From Leucoraja erinacea (lineage: Eukaryota), in NCBI RefSeq assembly GCF_028641065.1, contig NC_073382.1, positions 57,412,001 through 57,476,000 of the forward strand: a DNA stretch of 64,000 bases, in the 5' to 3' direction. The notes under the pieces are model-generated. The model was not told the DNA's origin and did no database searches. It saw only the letters and a program-made list of their open reading frames with translations. The translations under genes were made by a program, and so were the position numbers. Positions 24,166 to 36,500 of the stretch are shown here, in pieces (within the stretch, counting starts at the first letter, position 1; each line of letters starts with the position of its first letter).

Positions 24166-26558
24166 TAGCTGATTCTCACGTTGCGAGTTGACACAAGAGG
24201 TAACCCGAGTTAAAACTCATGGTAATAACGTATGATTAACGTATGGAACTCGTGGACTCAACTTAGAGATTCGTGGCGCTAATGGCAGGTACTCGTGTAA
24301 CTTGTCGACTCTTGCAAAAAATCAAACATGTTTGACATTTTCCACGAGTCAATTTTACTCTTGTGGTTAAGAATTGAAACATTTTAACTCGTTGTAAGAA
24401 CGTAGTGGCCCGTGCGTTTACCTTAGTGTATCGTAAGTCTACCGTGGGAACTCTTTAACTCAGCGGGCAGGCAGCAGCAGATTGTCGCTCCCTTCAGTTT
24501 CCCAGCGACAATCACCTGCCATAACGCGAGAGAGATCATGCACGTAGGTCTCCTTTGCACATCGGTGTTTCTGTCTTTCTCCACTCATTGTTGGTCCTAT
24601 CTATCACCACCCCCACCTACACCCCTCTGCTTCCTGGCCATGTGTGTGACCCCTTCCCTCCCCTCTCCAGCTCCCAGCCCATTGGACGGGGGGGCTTTGA
24701 GTCTGGGCGAGGGAAAGGTGGTGGTGGTTTCCCAGGGGGGGGGGGGGGGGGGGGAAAGGGTGGTGGGGTGGGGAGTGGGGGGGGGGGGGGGGGGGGGTGG
24801 GTGGGTTAGGTGAGCAGAAGATTGGGGTTGTTTGCAGTTGCAGAGGGAGGGGGCAAGGGCGGTACAGTTCCCAGTCTCAGCTCCTGTCCAGAGGGGGGGC
24901 CGGAGACGTCTGGACCAACGGGACACCGACCACCAGGCCCACCAGGCCCACCAGGCCCACTGCAAGCACGGAGATCCCAGAGACCCACAGCCAGCAGCAA
25001 CTCCAGCCCAGCCCCGCTCCAACTACAGAGGAACACGCTCCCCGTAGGGGCAGAAGCTGATGGTGTGCAAGGTACGTCTTGTTCTTGGGGTGGCGGATGA
25101 GGGGGGCGCAGCTCGGGCTGTGGGCGAACTGCCACTTGTCGCCGTAGTGGCCCATCGGGGAGCGAATTCCTCTGGAGTTGGAGCGGGGCTGGGCTGGAGT
25201 TGCTGTTGGCTGTTGGCCTCTGGGTTCTCCGTGCTTGCAGTGGGCCTGGTGGGCCTGGGGGTCGGTGTCCCGTTGGTCCTGACGTCTCCGGCCACCCCCC
25301 TGGACAGGAGCTGAGACTGGGAACTGTACCGCCCTTGCCCCCTCCCTCTGCAACTGCAAACAACCCCACTCTCCTGCTCACCTAACCCACCCATCCTCAC
25401 CCCCCACCTTTCCCTCCCAACTCCAGTCCCGTCCCGACCCCCTGGGAAACTGAAGGGAGCAACTGCCCCGGTGAGACTGGTACTGACCTGCTGGCATCGT
25501 TGATGTGAAGACAGTGCAAAGCCCCCGTGCCGGTGCAATGGGCGGGGAGCTGGAGAGGGGAGGGAAGGGGTCACACACATGGCCGGGAAGCAGAGGGATG
25601 TAGGTGGGGGTGGTGATAGATAGGGCCAACAATGAGTGGAGAAAGACAGAAACACTGACGTGCAAAGGAGACCTACAACAGTGCATGATCTCTCTCGCGT
25701 AATGGCAGGTGATTGTCGCCTGCCCGCTGTTTCTGATGCTAAAGCCTTGGGATCGTTGCCCTTCGTGTTGGCGTGGAGGGGGAGGGGGGTATTGTGCTGT
25801 TTGATTGCCCCCTACAATCCCAGGGACAGGGAGACACAGCGGCTTTTGAGACTGGTGGGCAATCAATTCCAAAGTTCTGCCCACACAGTCAGTACACCTA
25901 TCCTACACTTGTCTCCCGCACTAAGATCACCCCGCAGAGGATGATCCCAGCCTAAACCAAGAGCCATGTCACCCCAGGCAGATTAATGACGCTCCCCCCG
26001 CCCCACCTCTCTCCATCTCAACTCACGCCTGGGCACCGAAGCAACTCAGGAGGCGAACACTGAGCTCCATCTCACAACAATCTGATGTGCACATCTGTCC
26101 ACATTCAAAGATTTAATCTCCCGTCTCCCCGCAGTGTGTAGACATGGCAGTAAATTCAATTAAAACATATCAAACCTGTGTGTTTCAAACAAATCATAAG
26201 TATAACTGCTCTGGCACTGGATGGTGTGCATTTTCCCTTTGTAGGTCGCATCAATAGATGCAGCCACTCTGAATTATATCTTTAAATCAAAGCCACAGGA
26301 TGGAGAGGTCTTCTTTAACACTGTTGCTTATTAAAACATAACACTTGCTTATTAAAACAAACCTTCAATCAGGATTGGCTCAAGAGTAACTCAGGAGACG
26401 AACTTGGAACATCGCAGAAATGACAAGTAAACGGCAAACTTGTCATACCCGTGGGAACTCGGTTAAACTCTTGATCATACACTTGCAATTTCGTACACAA
26501 CCACGAGTCTTTCACTCGAGGTACCTCTTGTCTCAACTCGCAACGTGAGAACCAGCCT
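24166..26558. mobile_element. Non-autonomous DNA transposon, PIF/Harbinger-like
   Basis: ~55-bp imperfect TIRs (GCTGATTCTCACGTTGCGAGTTGACACAAGAGGTA / TACCTCTTGTCTCAACTCGCAACGTGAGAACCAGC) and TAA at 24163-24165 and 26559-26561. It splits a CR1 tail that rejoins across it. No transposase ORF seen. Confidence 0.8.
24461..25729. repeat. Long internal inverted repeat (fold-back)
   Basis: 24505-24685 pairs with ~25540-25719, and 24797-25044 pairs with 25156-25392; spacer ~110 bp. Mirror-image ORFs on both strands confirm the symmetry. Confidence 0.92.
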
Positions 26559-26946
26559 TAAATGCCACTATCGTATCTGCCTACATAACCACCCACAGCA
26601 GCCTGTTGCAAGCACTCACCACCCTCTGTAAAAAAACTTGTCCTGCGCAACTCCTTTAAACTTTGCTCCTCTCACCTTAAAGCTACACTCTCTAGTGTTT
26701 GATATTTTCTTCCTTGGAAAAAGGTTCTGACTCTCTAATACATGCCTCTCATGATTTAATATACTTCTATCTGGTCTCTCATCAACCTCCAGTGCTAGAA
26801 AGAAAACAATCCAAGAATGTCCAAATAAGAGGTACCACCTTAAGACGATCATCATCTACTCCTCCAAAATCAGAAGAAACTGGGGTTCAAGTAGAAAGAC
26901 TAGATATGAGCAGCCCACCATCTTCAATGAGAAAACCATCTTCAGT

Positions 26947-26974
26947 CTGAAGAAGGGTCTCGACCCGAAACGTC
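26947..26974 (+). ncRNA. Minimal hammerhead ribozyme motif (Penelope-type), best copy
   Basis: AGT-CTGAAGA-A-GGGTC-TC-GACCC-GAAAC-GTC-ACT: CUGANGA box, helix II, GAAA box, palindromic ACGU, GUC triplet and 3-bp helix I. Flanked by ACCATCTTCAATGA at 26917-26930 and 27037-27050. Activity untested. Confidence 0.6.
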
Positions 26975-27290
26975 ACTCATTCCTTCTATCCAGAGAAGCT
27001 GCCTGTCCCGCTGAGCTACTCCAGCATTTTATGTCTACCATCTTCAATGATCTCCGCACTGACTACAGTCTCAATGACAACCCAGCATCCACTTCATCTG
27101 GTTGGTGGGATCAAAGACATAGGTTTGTTACCCACTTGTCTTTTACTGCTGGCACTACATGATGTTCTTGTGCAACAAAGCAATTATTGTGTAGGAAGGA
27201 ACTGCAGATATTGGTTTATACCGAAGATGGACACAAAATGCTGGAGTAACTCAGCAGGTCAAGCAGCATGACTGGACAAAAGGAATAGGT

Positions 27291-27318
27291 GACGTTTCGG
27301 GTCGAGACCTTTCTTCAG
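27291..27318 (-). ncRNA. Minimal hammerhead motif in Penelope-derived unit (~27188-27320)
   Basis: Reverse complement reads CTGAAGAAAGGTCTCGACCCGAAACGTC. Confidence 0.5.
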
Positions 27319-28234
27319 ACCAATGATTCCGTTTGAGAACAACTAACAATGTGTCCAGGTAAGTTACTGTCATGGCTAAATGAGAGAGCAGGGAAGCTGT
27401 GGAATATGGGTGTGAGGCTTGGAGTGAGAATGCTGATTAGTAGAGATTTCTGTTAGATGAATGATGGGATTGCCTCGCATGGAACAGTGTGTAAAACGTA
27501 TGTCTTTTGATTCACATTGTTAACCATGACAACAAAGACACTGGCTTGCAAATTATCAACGTAAGATCCTTCCATTGTAGCCAGGTTTCTTTTTAAAAAA
27601 GCTTTGCGTAGTTAATTATTTTAAAGTGTGTTTTCTACAAACTGACAACAAAACCTAAAGCCTAATAACAAGCTGCACTATCCTCAGTAGGAGTGCCATC
27701 TACTCTGCGATTAATTGAACACAGCTAATTATTACTTCTCAATTAATTGTTGTTCAGATCTCAAGTGTAATAAAATTAATGATATAGGCTAAGAATTCTT
27801 TTGGTTACTATGTGTCGCAACATTTTAATTGTACTCGTGAAGCTTTCTCTTGCGACCTCAGAATTTCAGGAAAAATTGATAAATGCATTTTTTGCATGAA
27901 TGATAACTTTACTGAGGATGCATCTTCTTAGATATATTTACAGCATCACTGGCAATAACAACCCAAGGAATTATTTTCCCATGGCATGTTAATTGGCATG
28001 AGGCTATATTGCATTTTTACTTCAAATGGAAGTAAAATTGAATTCAAAGTGGAGACAATTTTTAAATAATATCTAATAATTAATTTGAATGTAGGATTAA
28101 AATAACACACTGCTGCACATATAATATCAATAGGTTAAAAAAATATTATACATGCATGCACTCAGCCATTATCAGGTAGGGACAAAGGTTACTGTAACTA
28201 AATATAAAACACCAATGATCTTACTAAATATTTA

Positions 28235-28369
28235 TGTGTAGGATACAACGTCAGATGCTAGTTTAAATCAGTCTGAAGAAGGGTCTCGAACCGAAACGTC
28301 ACCCATTCCTTCTCTCCAGAGATGCTTCCTGTCCACTGAGTTACTCCAGTGTTTTGTGTCTATCTTGTG
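28235..28369 (+). mobile_element. Penelope-derived mini-element with hammerhead motif (28273-28300)
   Basis: CTGAAGAAGGGTCTCGAACCGAAACGTC. Flanks TTACTAAA(T/A)ATTTA at 28221-28234 and 28370-28383. Confidence 0.7.
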
Positions 28370-28379
28370 TTACTAAAAA

Positions 28380-28665
28380 TTTAGTTTAGTTCAGTTTAGC
28401 TTAGTTTAGTTTAGTTCAGCTTAGTTTAGTTTAGATTAGTTTCGAGATACAGCACAGAAACATGTCCTTTGGTCCACCGAGTCCCTGACGACCAGCGTTC
28501 CCCGCACACTAACACTATCCTATGTACACTAGGGACAATTTGCAAATTTACCAGGTCACAGGAGGAACGTACACACTCCGTACAGACAGCATCCATAGTT
28601 AGGATTCAACCCCGGTGTCTGGCACTGTAGGGCAGCAACTCTGCCACTGTGTCACCATGCCGCCC
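28380..28665 (-). mobile_element. HE1-like SINE with long (TTTAG)n tail
   Basis: Pentamer repeat at 28380-28442, then SINE body; head at ~28665. Confidence 0.85.
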
Positions 28666-29084
28666 TCTACAGGAAAAATAAATAAGACATCTATATTTGT
28701 GTGGCAAATATTTTAAAATTAATCCTTCCTTAGTTACATAATATCACTGCTTTGTGAAAATGTGCTGTTTTATCATGTTCTTTTTCTTTTTTTTTTTTAT
28801 GTTCGCTATTGCAATTTCACATTATTTGTGTAATAAATATGCCACAATGTACAAAATAACATTCATATTGATTAATTTTAGTTGTAAGATATAACATTAA
28901 TTAATTCATTTCCTACATCAAATAATTTTTCTGAAGTCAGAAAATGGTCTCCCGACCTGGAACATCGTCTGTCCATTCCCTTCCCTGCCTGACCTGTTGA
29001 GTTCCTCCAGAACTTTGTGTTTTGCTGAAGATTCCAGCATCTGCAGTTTTTTGTGTTTTCAAATCATTTTTCGGCTAATCCGTT

Positions 29085-31075
29085 TGTAGTAAAGTCAACC
29101 TTTCACTGTGGGTTAAAAATGAAATAGTCCCAACCGTGACCTAGCTGACTCGTAGGTCTGTTCTTCTAAATTAGACTGCTTCCAACCCGTTACTCTATCT
29201 TCCCTTGTAAAGCTTGTCTCCACTATGAAACCTGCAACCTGCCCCTTTGATGTTGTTCCCACTGCCCTTCTGAAGGATGTCTTTGCAACAGTCGGTCCCA
29301 ATATCCTCTCTATCATCAACAGTTCTCTGGCCACTGGCACTGTTCCAACTGGTTTCAAGCACACGATGGTCCAGCCAGTCCTGAAACAACCTAACCTAGA
29401 CCCCACCTTGCCTAGTAACTACTGACCTATTTCCAAACTGAAAAGGTAATTCGAGACCAATCTAGCCTTATCTACACCAAAATACCATCCTGGAAAGTTT
29501 CCAATCAGGTTTCAGGGCCCACCACAGCACAGAGTCTGCCTTGTTGAAGGTACACAATGACCTCCTTCTCGCCATCGACTCCAGTGACTGTGCTATCCTA
29601 CTCCTTCTCGACCTCAGTGCAGCGTTTGATACAGTGGACCATACCATCCTAATTGACCGTCTCCGATACGGGGTTGGTGTTGATGGCATTGTCCTAAGCT
29701 GGTTCGTTTCCTACCTAAAAAACACGAGTTTCTCTACCAATATAGGCAATTCTTTCTCTTCCCGAGCTAGCCTGTTCTGCGGGGTTCCACAAGGCTCCAT
29801 CCTTGGCCCCATTCTCTTCTCTCTCTACATGCTCCCCCTCGGCCAAGTCATTCAAAGGCATGGCATTTCTTTCCACTGCTATGCAGATGATACACAGCTC
29901 TAACTCACCCTGAAACCCAACAACCGGTCTAATTTAAACAGCCTCACGCATTGCCATGATGATTTATAATGTTGGATGGCTCAGAACTTCCTCCAATTTA
30001 ACGAGAGCAAGTCTGAGGTCATCCTACTCAGCCCCTCCGACCCCATCAAAACGATAACAGGCAGCCTTGGAAGCCTAACCTCCTTAGTCAAACCGCACGT
30101 CAAAAACCTTGGCGTGATATTTGACTCCACCTTGAAAATAATCAGCCTTGGAAGCCTAACACTCCTTCAGTCAAATTATCCGCCCGTCGCAATCAAAAAC
30201 CAAGACTTGGGGTACCCGTAAAAGGGATATTTGACTCTCACCTCCCAGTGAAAGAATAATTCATCCACGTTAAAGAGGGAACATCTTTTACACCGCTGGA
30301 GAAACTCAGCGGGTGCAGCAGCATCTATGGAGCTAACTTTCGGGCCGAAACTCCTGATCAGGGGTTTGGGGACACAAAAGGAGGAGGAGTAGCCGGAAGG
30401 CTGGACATCAGCAAGGACTAACAGAATTATCCCTGTCCCCCCGTCTGCAAAACGGAATTGAGTCCCAAAATGCTGTGGGCCATGGAGGACAGCAGGACAG
30501 AGAGGTCACTTCTGGGACGGGGGGAGTACCCGTCAAAGGTTATTGCGGACCACGGAGGTGTTCAAACCCCGATCCGCTGGCCTCTATAGATCTGCTGACA
30601 CTGAGCAGCCCAGTGTGGTATAGAAGAGATCAACTTCAACGATTGCTCCTGAAAGGAGTATTAGGGGGGAGGTACAAAGCCCTGCTAACGGGAAAGTGCC
30701 CCCCGAGAGGGAAGGGAAGAATTGACAAGGGACAAGCTCCTCTTATTCATTTACAAAGCCCTTAACGGGCTTGCCCCCCCCCCCATATCAAAAATCTTCT
30801 AACCAACCATTCTACCTCCAGGTCCCTCAGGTCTATCCCACTGACTATCCCGCGGTCTAGGTTTAAGCTCAGGGGTGACCGCACCTAAACTGTGGATTAG
30901 CATCCCGCTCCTCATCAGAACTGCCCGCACCATCGACTCATTTGTCACAACTCAAAACCTATTTCTACTCCCAAGCATTGTATGTATCAAATTAGTACCT
31001 GCACTGATGTGAAGCACTTTGGTCAACATGAGTTGTTTTCAAACGTGCTATACAAATAAATTTATTATTATTATT
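29085..31075 (+). mobile_element. L2-clade LINE, 5'-truncated, broken RT
   Basis: ORFs with [43 protein letters not shown] and NFLQFNESKSEV. L2-type tail GTGAAGCACTTTGG...GTGCTATACAAATAAA(TTA)n. Confidence 0.92.
30285..30735 (-). mobile_element. Heavily gapped Penelope-like fragment inside the L2
   Basis: GCTGGAGAAACTCAGCGGGTGCAGCAGCATCTATGGAG...TTTCGGGCCGAAAC terminal unit, followed by purine-rich sequence resembling an antisense Penelope 3' coding region (recalled similarity only). Confidence 0.45.
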
Positions 31076-31261
31076 TGCAAGGTTTCAACTGATCAGGAGC
31101 TTCTGCAATTTTACTTCTCTTGAAAGACTTCAATAACAGTTACTGAAGAAATCCAACAGATCTGAACTCTTCAGCTTTATTTTCACCCTTAACTCAGCCA
31201 GTATTCTAGCTGCCAAGTAACAAAGTTACAAGTCCAATATCGAAGGGCATTATCATAAATT

Positions 31262-31420
31262 GGAAGGTAGACAAAAATGTTGGAGAAACCCAGTGGGTGA
31301 GGCAGCATCTATGGAGAGAAGGAATCGGTGATGTTTCGGGTCGAGACCCTTCTTCAGACTGAGTTTCTCCAGCATTTTTGTCTACCTTTGATTTTTCCAG
31401 CATCTGCAGTTCTTTCTTAA
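31262..31420. mobile_element. Penelope-derived palindromic mini-element
   Basis: Minus-strand CTGAAGAAGGGTCTCGACCCGAAACATC at 31330-31357. Arms GTAGACAAAAATGTTGGAGAAAC / GTTTCTCCAGCATTTTTGTCTAC. Confidence 0.75.
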
Positions 31421-32165
31421 TCATATATTGGAATGTCCTTTTAATACTGTGAGAGTGCTTCCTAATCTGGGCAAGAACTTGGAGGCAGTAGCTCTAAATG
31501 AATGTGCAAAACACAAAGTGCTGGAGTAATTCAGCAGGTTTTAAAGTTTTCAGTTTAGTTTATTGTCAAGTTTACCGAGTAGTGAAAAGCTTTTCTTGCG
31601 TGCTGATCAGCCAGTGGAAAGACAATTATATGATTATAATCGAGCCATTTAGAATATAGATACATGATGAGGGAATAACCTTTAGTGCAAGGTAAAGCCA
31701 GTAAAATCCGAGCAAAGATACAGGTAGCATCTGTGAAGGGAATGGACAGGGGGCGTTTCAGATCGAGTCTCTTCCTCAGACTGATTGTAGTTGGGGGAAA
31801 AAACAGTTTGGGGAAGGACAAAGTTTTGCATGGTGGATACAGGTGAGCGGGAATTTGATCAGTAGATAGATGGAGAAAGTGACAAAATCTACAGATGAAA
31901 AGGAAACAAAAGGGTATCAGGTAAGGAGAGGAGGAGTGTAACAAAGAACCAGAGGGAGGGATACTGGTTGACAAAGGGATAATTCAATTGAGCAATTAGC
32001 ATTAAGGTACTGTCTGTATCATGATTAATGAATGGTTAATTCTAATCACTGTGCATTGTCAAGGAATATTCAACTAGCTGCATCTTATTTTCAGAAACAA
32101 AATGTGGTCCAAAAAAAATTTCAAAGATTGAAAGTGTCCATGCATTTGGGTCAGATGATTTTGAT

Positions 32166-32460
32166 GGGTGGCACAATGGCACAGTGGTAGAGTTGCTGCC
32201 TTACAGTGTCAGACACCTGAGTTTGATCCTAACTATGGTTGCTGACTGTATGGAGTTTGCACATTCTCCCTGCATGGGTTTTCTCTGGGTGTTGCGGTTT
32301 TGCTCCCACACCCCGAAGACATGCAGATTTGTAGAGTAATTGGCTTCTGTAAATTGTCCCTAGTGGATAGGATAGAACTAGTGCATGGGTGATTGTAGGT
32401 TGGCACGGACTTGGTGGGCCGAATGGCCTATTTCCATGCTGCAGCACTCAACTAAACTAA
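32166..32460 (+). mobile_element. HE1-like SINE
   Basis: Head TGGCACAGTGGTAGAGTTGCTGCC; tail AACTAAACTAA. Confidence 0.85.
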
Positions 32461-33224
32461 TTGGTTAAGACATGACCTCAAGCTGAATCAGCTGCCAGAG
32501 CTATTGAGCGGCATGAATGTTTGCAAATGCTTAAAAACATTCAGAAATTACAAAAAAATAAGTATTTTTACTTTTAAATCATTGGATTAAAATTAAAATA
32601 TACAATTTACTAAAACAAAAAACACTAGAAAAAAATTATTAGAGCACATTTATCAAAATTAATGCAAATTATATAAATCACCTTACATTTACTTCTTCTC
32701 CCTCACCACAGCCGTTCCGCTCAATTAATTGAATAGAATGTGCATCAGGTTAGCACTTCACCAATGTAGGAACCTGCATTAACAAGGAAGTTCTGAACTC
32801 CCTTCTAATTATCTGTGCGATTGCTGGCTGGTAAGTTACGCACTGGACTACCATCATTTTCCACAGAAATCTTGGACATTAAACTGGGACCCTTTCCATC
32901 CTTTTAAGTGGATACAATGCTTCCTGTGACACTACTTACAGATGACCAGACAGAGATAGATAGATTCTTGATTAGTACAGATGTCGGGGGTTGTGGGGAG
33001 AAGGCAGGAGAATGGAGTTAGGAGGGAGAGAGAGATCAGCCATGATTGAATAGCAGAGTAGACTTGATGGGCCGAATGGCCTAATTCTGCTCCTATCACA
33101 TGACCTTATGACCAAGAAATTGTCTGTAAAAAGACACAAGGTATTGGAGTAACTCAGCGTGTCAGGCAGCATCTCTGAAGAACATGGATAGGTGACGGTT
33201 CAGACAAGGACACTTCCCTCTAGT

Positions 33225-33530
33225 TCACCTTCTATCCCTCAATCAAAATCACAGGGAAGGAGGTAGACACAAAATGCTGGAGTAACTCAGCGGGTCAAGC
33301 AGCATCTCTGGAGAGAAGGAATGGGTTACGTTTCGGGTCGAGACCCTTTACTGAGAAGAACACTGTCTGGCCACCGACATTGGTGTTTTTTTGGGATCTT
33401 GCTGTGTACAATTCAGCAGTTGTTCTCTGTGATATTGACTACCCTTAAGAAGTGCACCTCTGCCAGCAAGTGTTTTGGGATATATTGTAGTTGCAAAGGG
33501 TGCTATAAAATGTCAGTATCTATTTTTTTC
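33225..33530 (+). mobile_element. Ancient Deu-domain SINE relic with nested Penelope-derived unit (~33262-33352)
   Basis: TGGGATCTTGCTGTGTACAA...GACTACCCTTAAGAAG...TTTTGGGAT...AAAGGGTGCTATAAAATG resembles the Deu-SINE 3' end. Confidence 0.55.
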
Positions 33531-33539
33531 TTTAATCAG

Positions 33540-36500
33540 TGCTGCTAACTAACACCCATCAGCTTTTATCCTCTGGAAAAGCAGGTTCCAATGACGGAAA
33601 ACCCATGATTAGTAAGTGGAAACCTTTAATACAGTGTACAGCTAATGTAAAAGTACATTTTCCATAGACATTTCAGAAATAATTAGATCAGAATGGTAAT
33701 CAAATTAACAACTGAATTAAATTAGTGTCAGAATGTTGTTCTTTGGCATCTCATCGTAACCTTAAAATACTTTTTTTTATGTTTTCCTCATCCTGTGATG
33801 ACTACTGCTTAAGGCATTGTTGGAGTTTTCTAATTTGCTACAATACTTTCTAACAGCAGGTCCTGGCTGGGCTATAATTGTTTTCTGAAAGCAAAACTTG
33901 TTCTCTTTGCTCAGGTTCTGATAAACGCTGGTGCTTGGAAACAGGCGGCTGCCTTATTCATCATTTCATCGACCCATGTACATTGACAATTCTTTTCACT
34001 GAGTTCTTGCCTGGCTTCAAGTTGGTATGTCAGAAATGAAAAGTGCTCGCAGAAATGAAACTATCCTCATTATGCAAATTCAAGTTCCACTGATAGGCAT
34101 GTTCTGTTTTGTAAATTATATCCTCTTGTCATAAGTCAAATTGTATTTGAATAACACCAGAGAAATTGTCACCAAGATTTTAGAATTGTGTGCAATGCAT
34201 GCCATTGTTGATTTGGTCAATGAGGGAAAAAAATAGACATATGTTGTTTTTCTTTGCATATGCACGCAAGATTGCTGTGGTACGAAATCTATTTACATCT
34301 GCCCTAGATGCATATCTTACTTCAATTATCTCTTGATGCTTATTTTCTTTTTGCAGTTTCCACGGCATTTAAACAAAGGTTTTAATAACATCCATCTGAC
34401 AGACTTACTTTGCCTGCGATGTGAAAAATTCAATTTGTTCCAGGAAAAATGACTTTTGTTCAAAAATCAAGAGGGAATTTCAGTTAAGATAAAATGGTGT
34501 TCAAACACATTTTATGGGGCTCATTTGAAACAAAATGGTAGGTGAAGAGAAGAATATAAATCTATTTAAGGAAAATAAATTGTTATCAAGTGTTTCAATT
34601 GTTTGAAAGGCAATAGGAACTCAATATAAGAATCACACAACTCTGTATTTACATTGAAAGGAAATGCTAATGTATGGAAGAAACTAATATAGCTGGAATT
34701 GACAACTAATTCCCTCCCTTTTTAAGACTTAGACATTGTGATTTAGAAGGACTGAAGAGGCTGCATTGAGCAAAATAATTATTGCTTTATTCCAGCTCTA
34801 ATTTTCAAACAAAATAATCCAGTCAGAAAATAATTTTACAACCCATGATCAATAAATTGTTATTTTTTTCTGGATCTGGTAATCAAATAACCTGAATATT
34901 AACTTTCTGATTATTTTCACAATAAATAATCTTGGCTATCTAAAATTTTCAAATAAGTTTGAAGAACAGGTTTTGATGAAAAATTAGAAACAGGAAATAT
35001 TCTTTCCTGCATGATCTGCTTTTATAGTTACAGGAGCAGCTTGTCCAATATAAATTTGTGAAGATTAATTGAATCGACCCTGATTACTAGAAACTAATAC
35101 GGCAGAAAAATAATTTTCTAAATAAAATTGAAACTAATTAATAAAGGTACATAAGGTCTTTTGTTTTAATTTGATTCAGAATTAGAATTTGATTAAGTAA
35201 AAACATATAGCTATTTTACATATAAAAAATTATGATCATAATTTTATTCCAGTATATTATGTATCAAAATTATATTTCTTAATAGTATCTCATTCCTATC
35301 TATTTGCTTGCTACTAAGTTTAAAATATTTTAAAAAAATAATTATTATTTTATTTTCCAGAAAATAGTATTATTAATGGTTTAAATTTAATCAAATATTT
35401 AAAAAGCAAATAGTTTTCAAGAAAACCTATGATTTCATCCTTTTATACAGTCATTAAGTATATTTTCAACATTATCATTTTACAGCAACTAAGGGAACCA
35501 ATATTAATAGCAAAAATATATTTTGACACAATAGTTTCAAATACCAATGAACTTATGAGTTCACTTATGCATCAGAAAGTAGCAATTTACAAAATTTTCC
35601 TCCTCCCACCCACCCTGCCAAAAAATATTGTTGGGGCTAATTTTAATATTAATGAATTCTTTACAACATCAGTTCAATGGTTTTGATTAAGCTTTAATTA
35701 GTAGCCAGAGGCAAATCAACAACCAAAATAAGTAGTTGAATTGCTAATTTGGAGTGCGTGTATGTAAGCAGAGCAGTAGGAAGTGTCTAGTAGTTGGAAG
35801 TCAGACAGGTTTTAACAATACAGAGGATTGTTATCTTTATTGAAGCCAAGTATTGAATGCTGCTGAATAATACCACAGGCACACAATTCATTATTTTGCA
35901 AACCGTCCTATCTTTCATCTCTCAAATTAAAGCCTTGTTAATAAGATAATGAAAAAAAGAAAATGAAGAATATTACAGATACCAACTTCATTAATTGATA
36001 ACTGTCTTTATTTAGCTTGTTAATTTTCTCAGAACTTTTATCTAATGGTTTTCCTGTGGTACGTCTTGCTTGATTATAGAGAGACATTGCTGCAGAATAT
36101 TGTATGTTAAAACAAATAATTTTAATAGCACTATTTTACGATCGTATACTTATCAATGTTAGTGCAATTTTTTGAATGCAAAACGTTATTTGAAGTTTTT
36201 AACTGTCTTTTTTAAGAAGATGGATGGCCTTAATCTAAAATGATTTAATGTCACCAATTTTTGTTTTTCTTCAGTATTTATCTATGATTAACATAAATTT
36301 CATCTCGCCAACGCCAAAATTACCAAACCAAGTTTGTTTCATTTTCTTACTATGAGTTATGAATCAATTTAAAACGATCAGATGTTGCATTCTTATTATT
36401 TAAAGAAATGATGTAGTGTAAAGATTAGTTAAGTATTGTTAATCTGTATATTTTACTTTTTGATCTTTGCTATAACCATGATCTCAGTATTTCTCATTTT

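Noticed and set aside
24538-25955. Many overlapping 140-210-aa Pro/Gly-rich ORFs, including collagen-like PPGPPG
   Set aside because: By-product of a GC-rich palindrome. The ORFs mirror on both strands, have only 2-3 triplets, and show no splice context.
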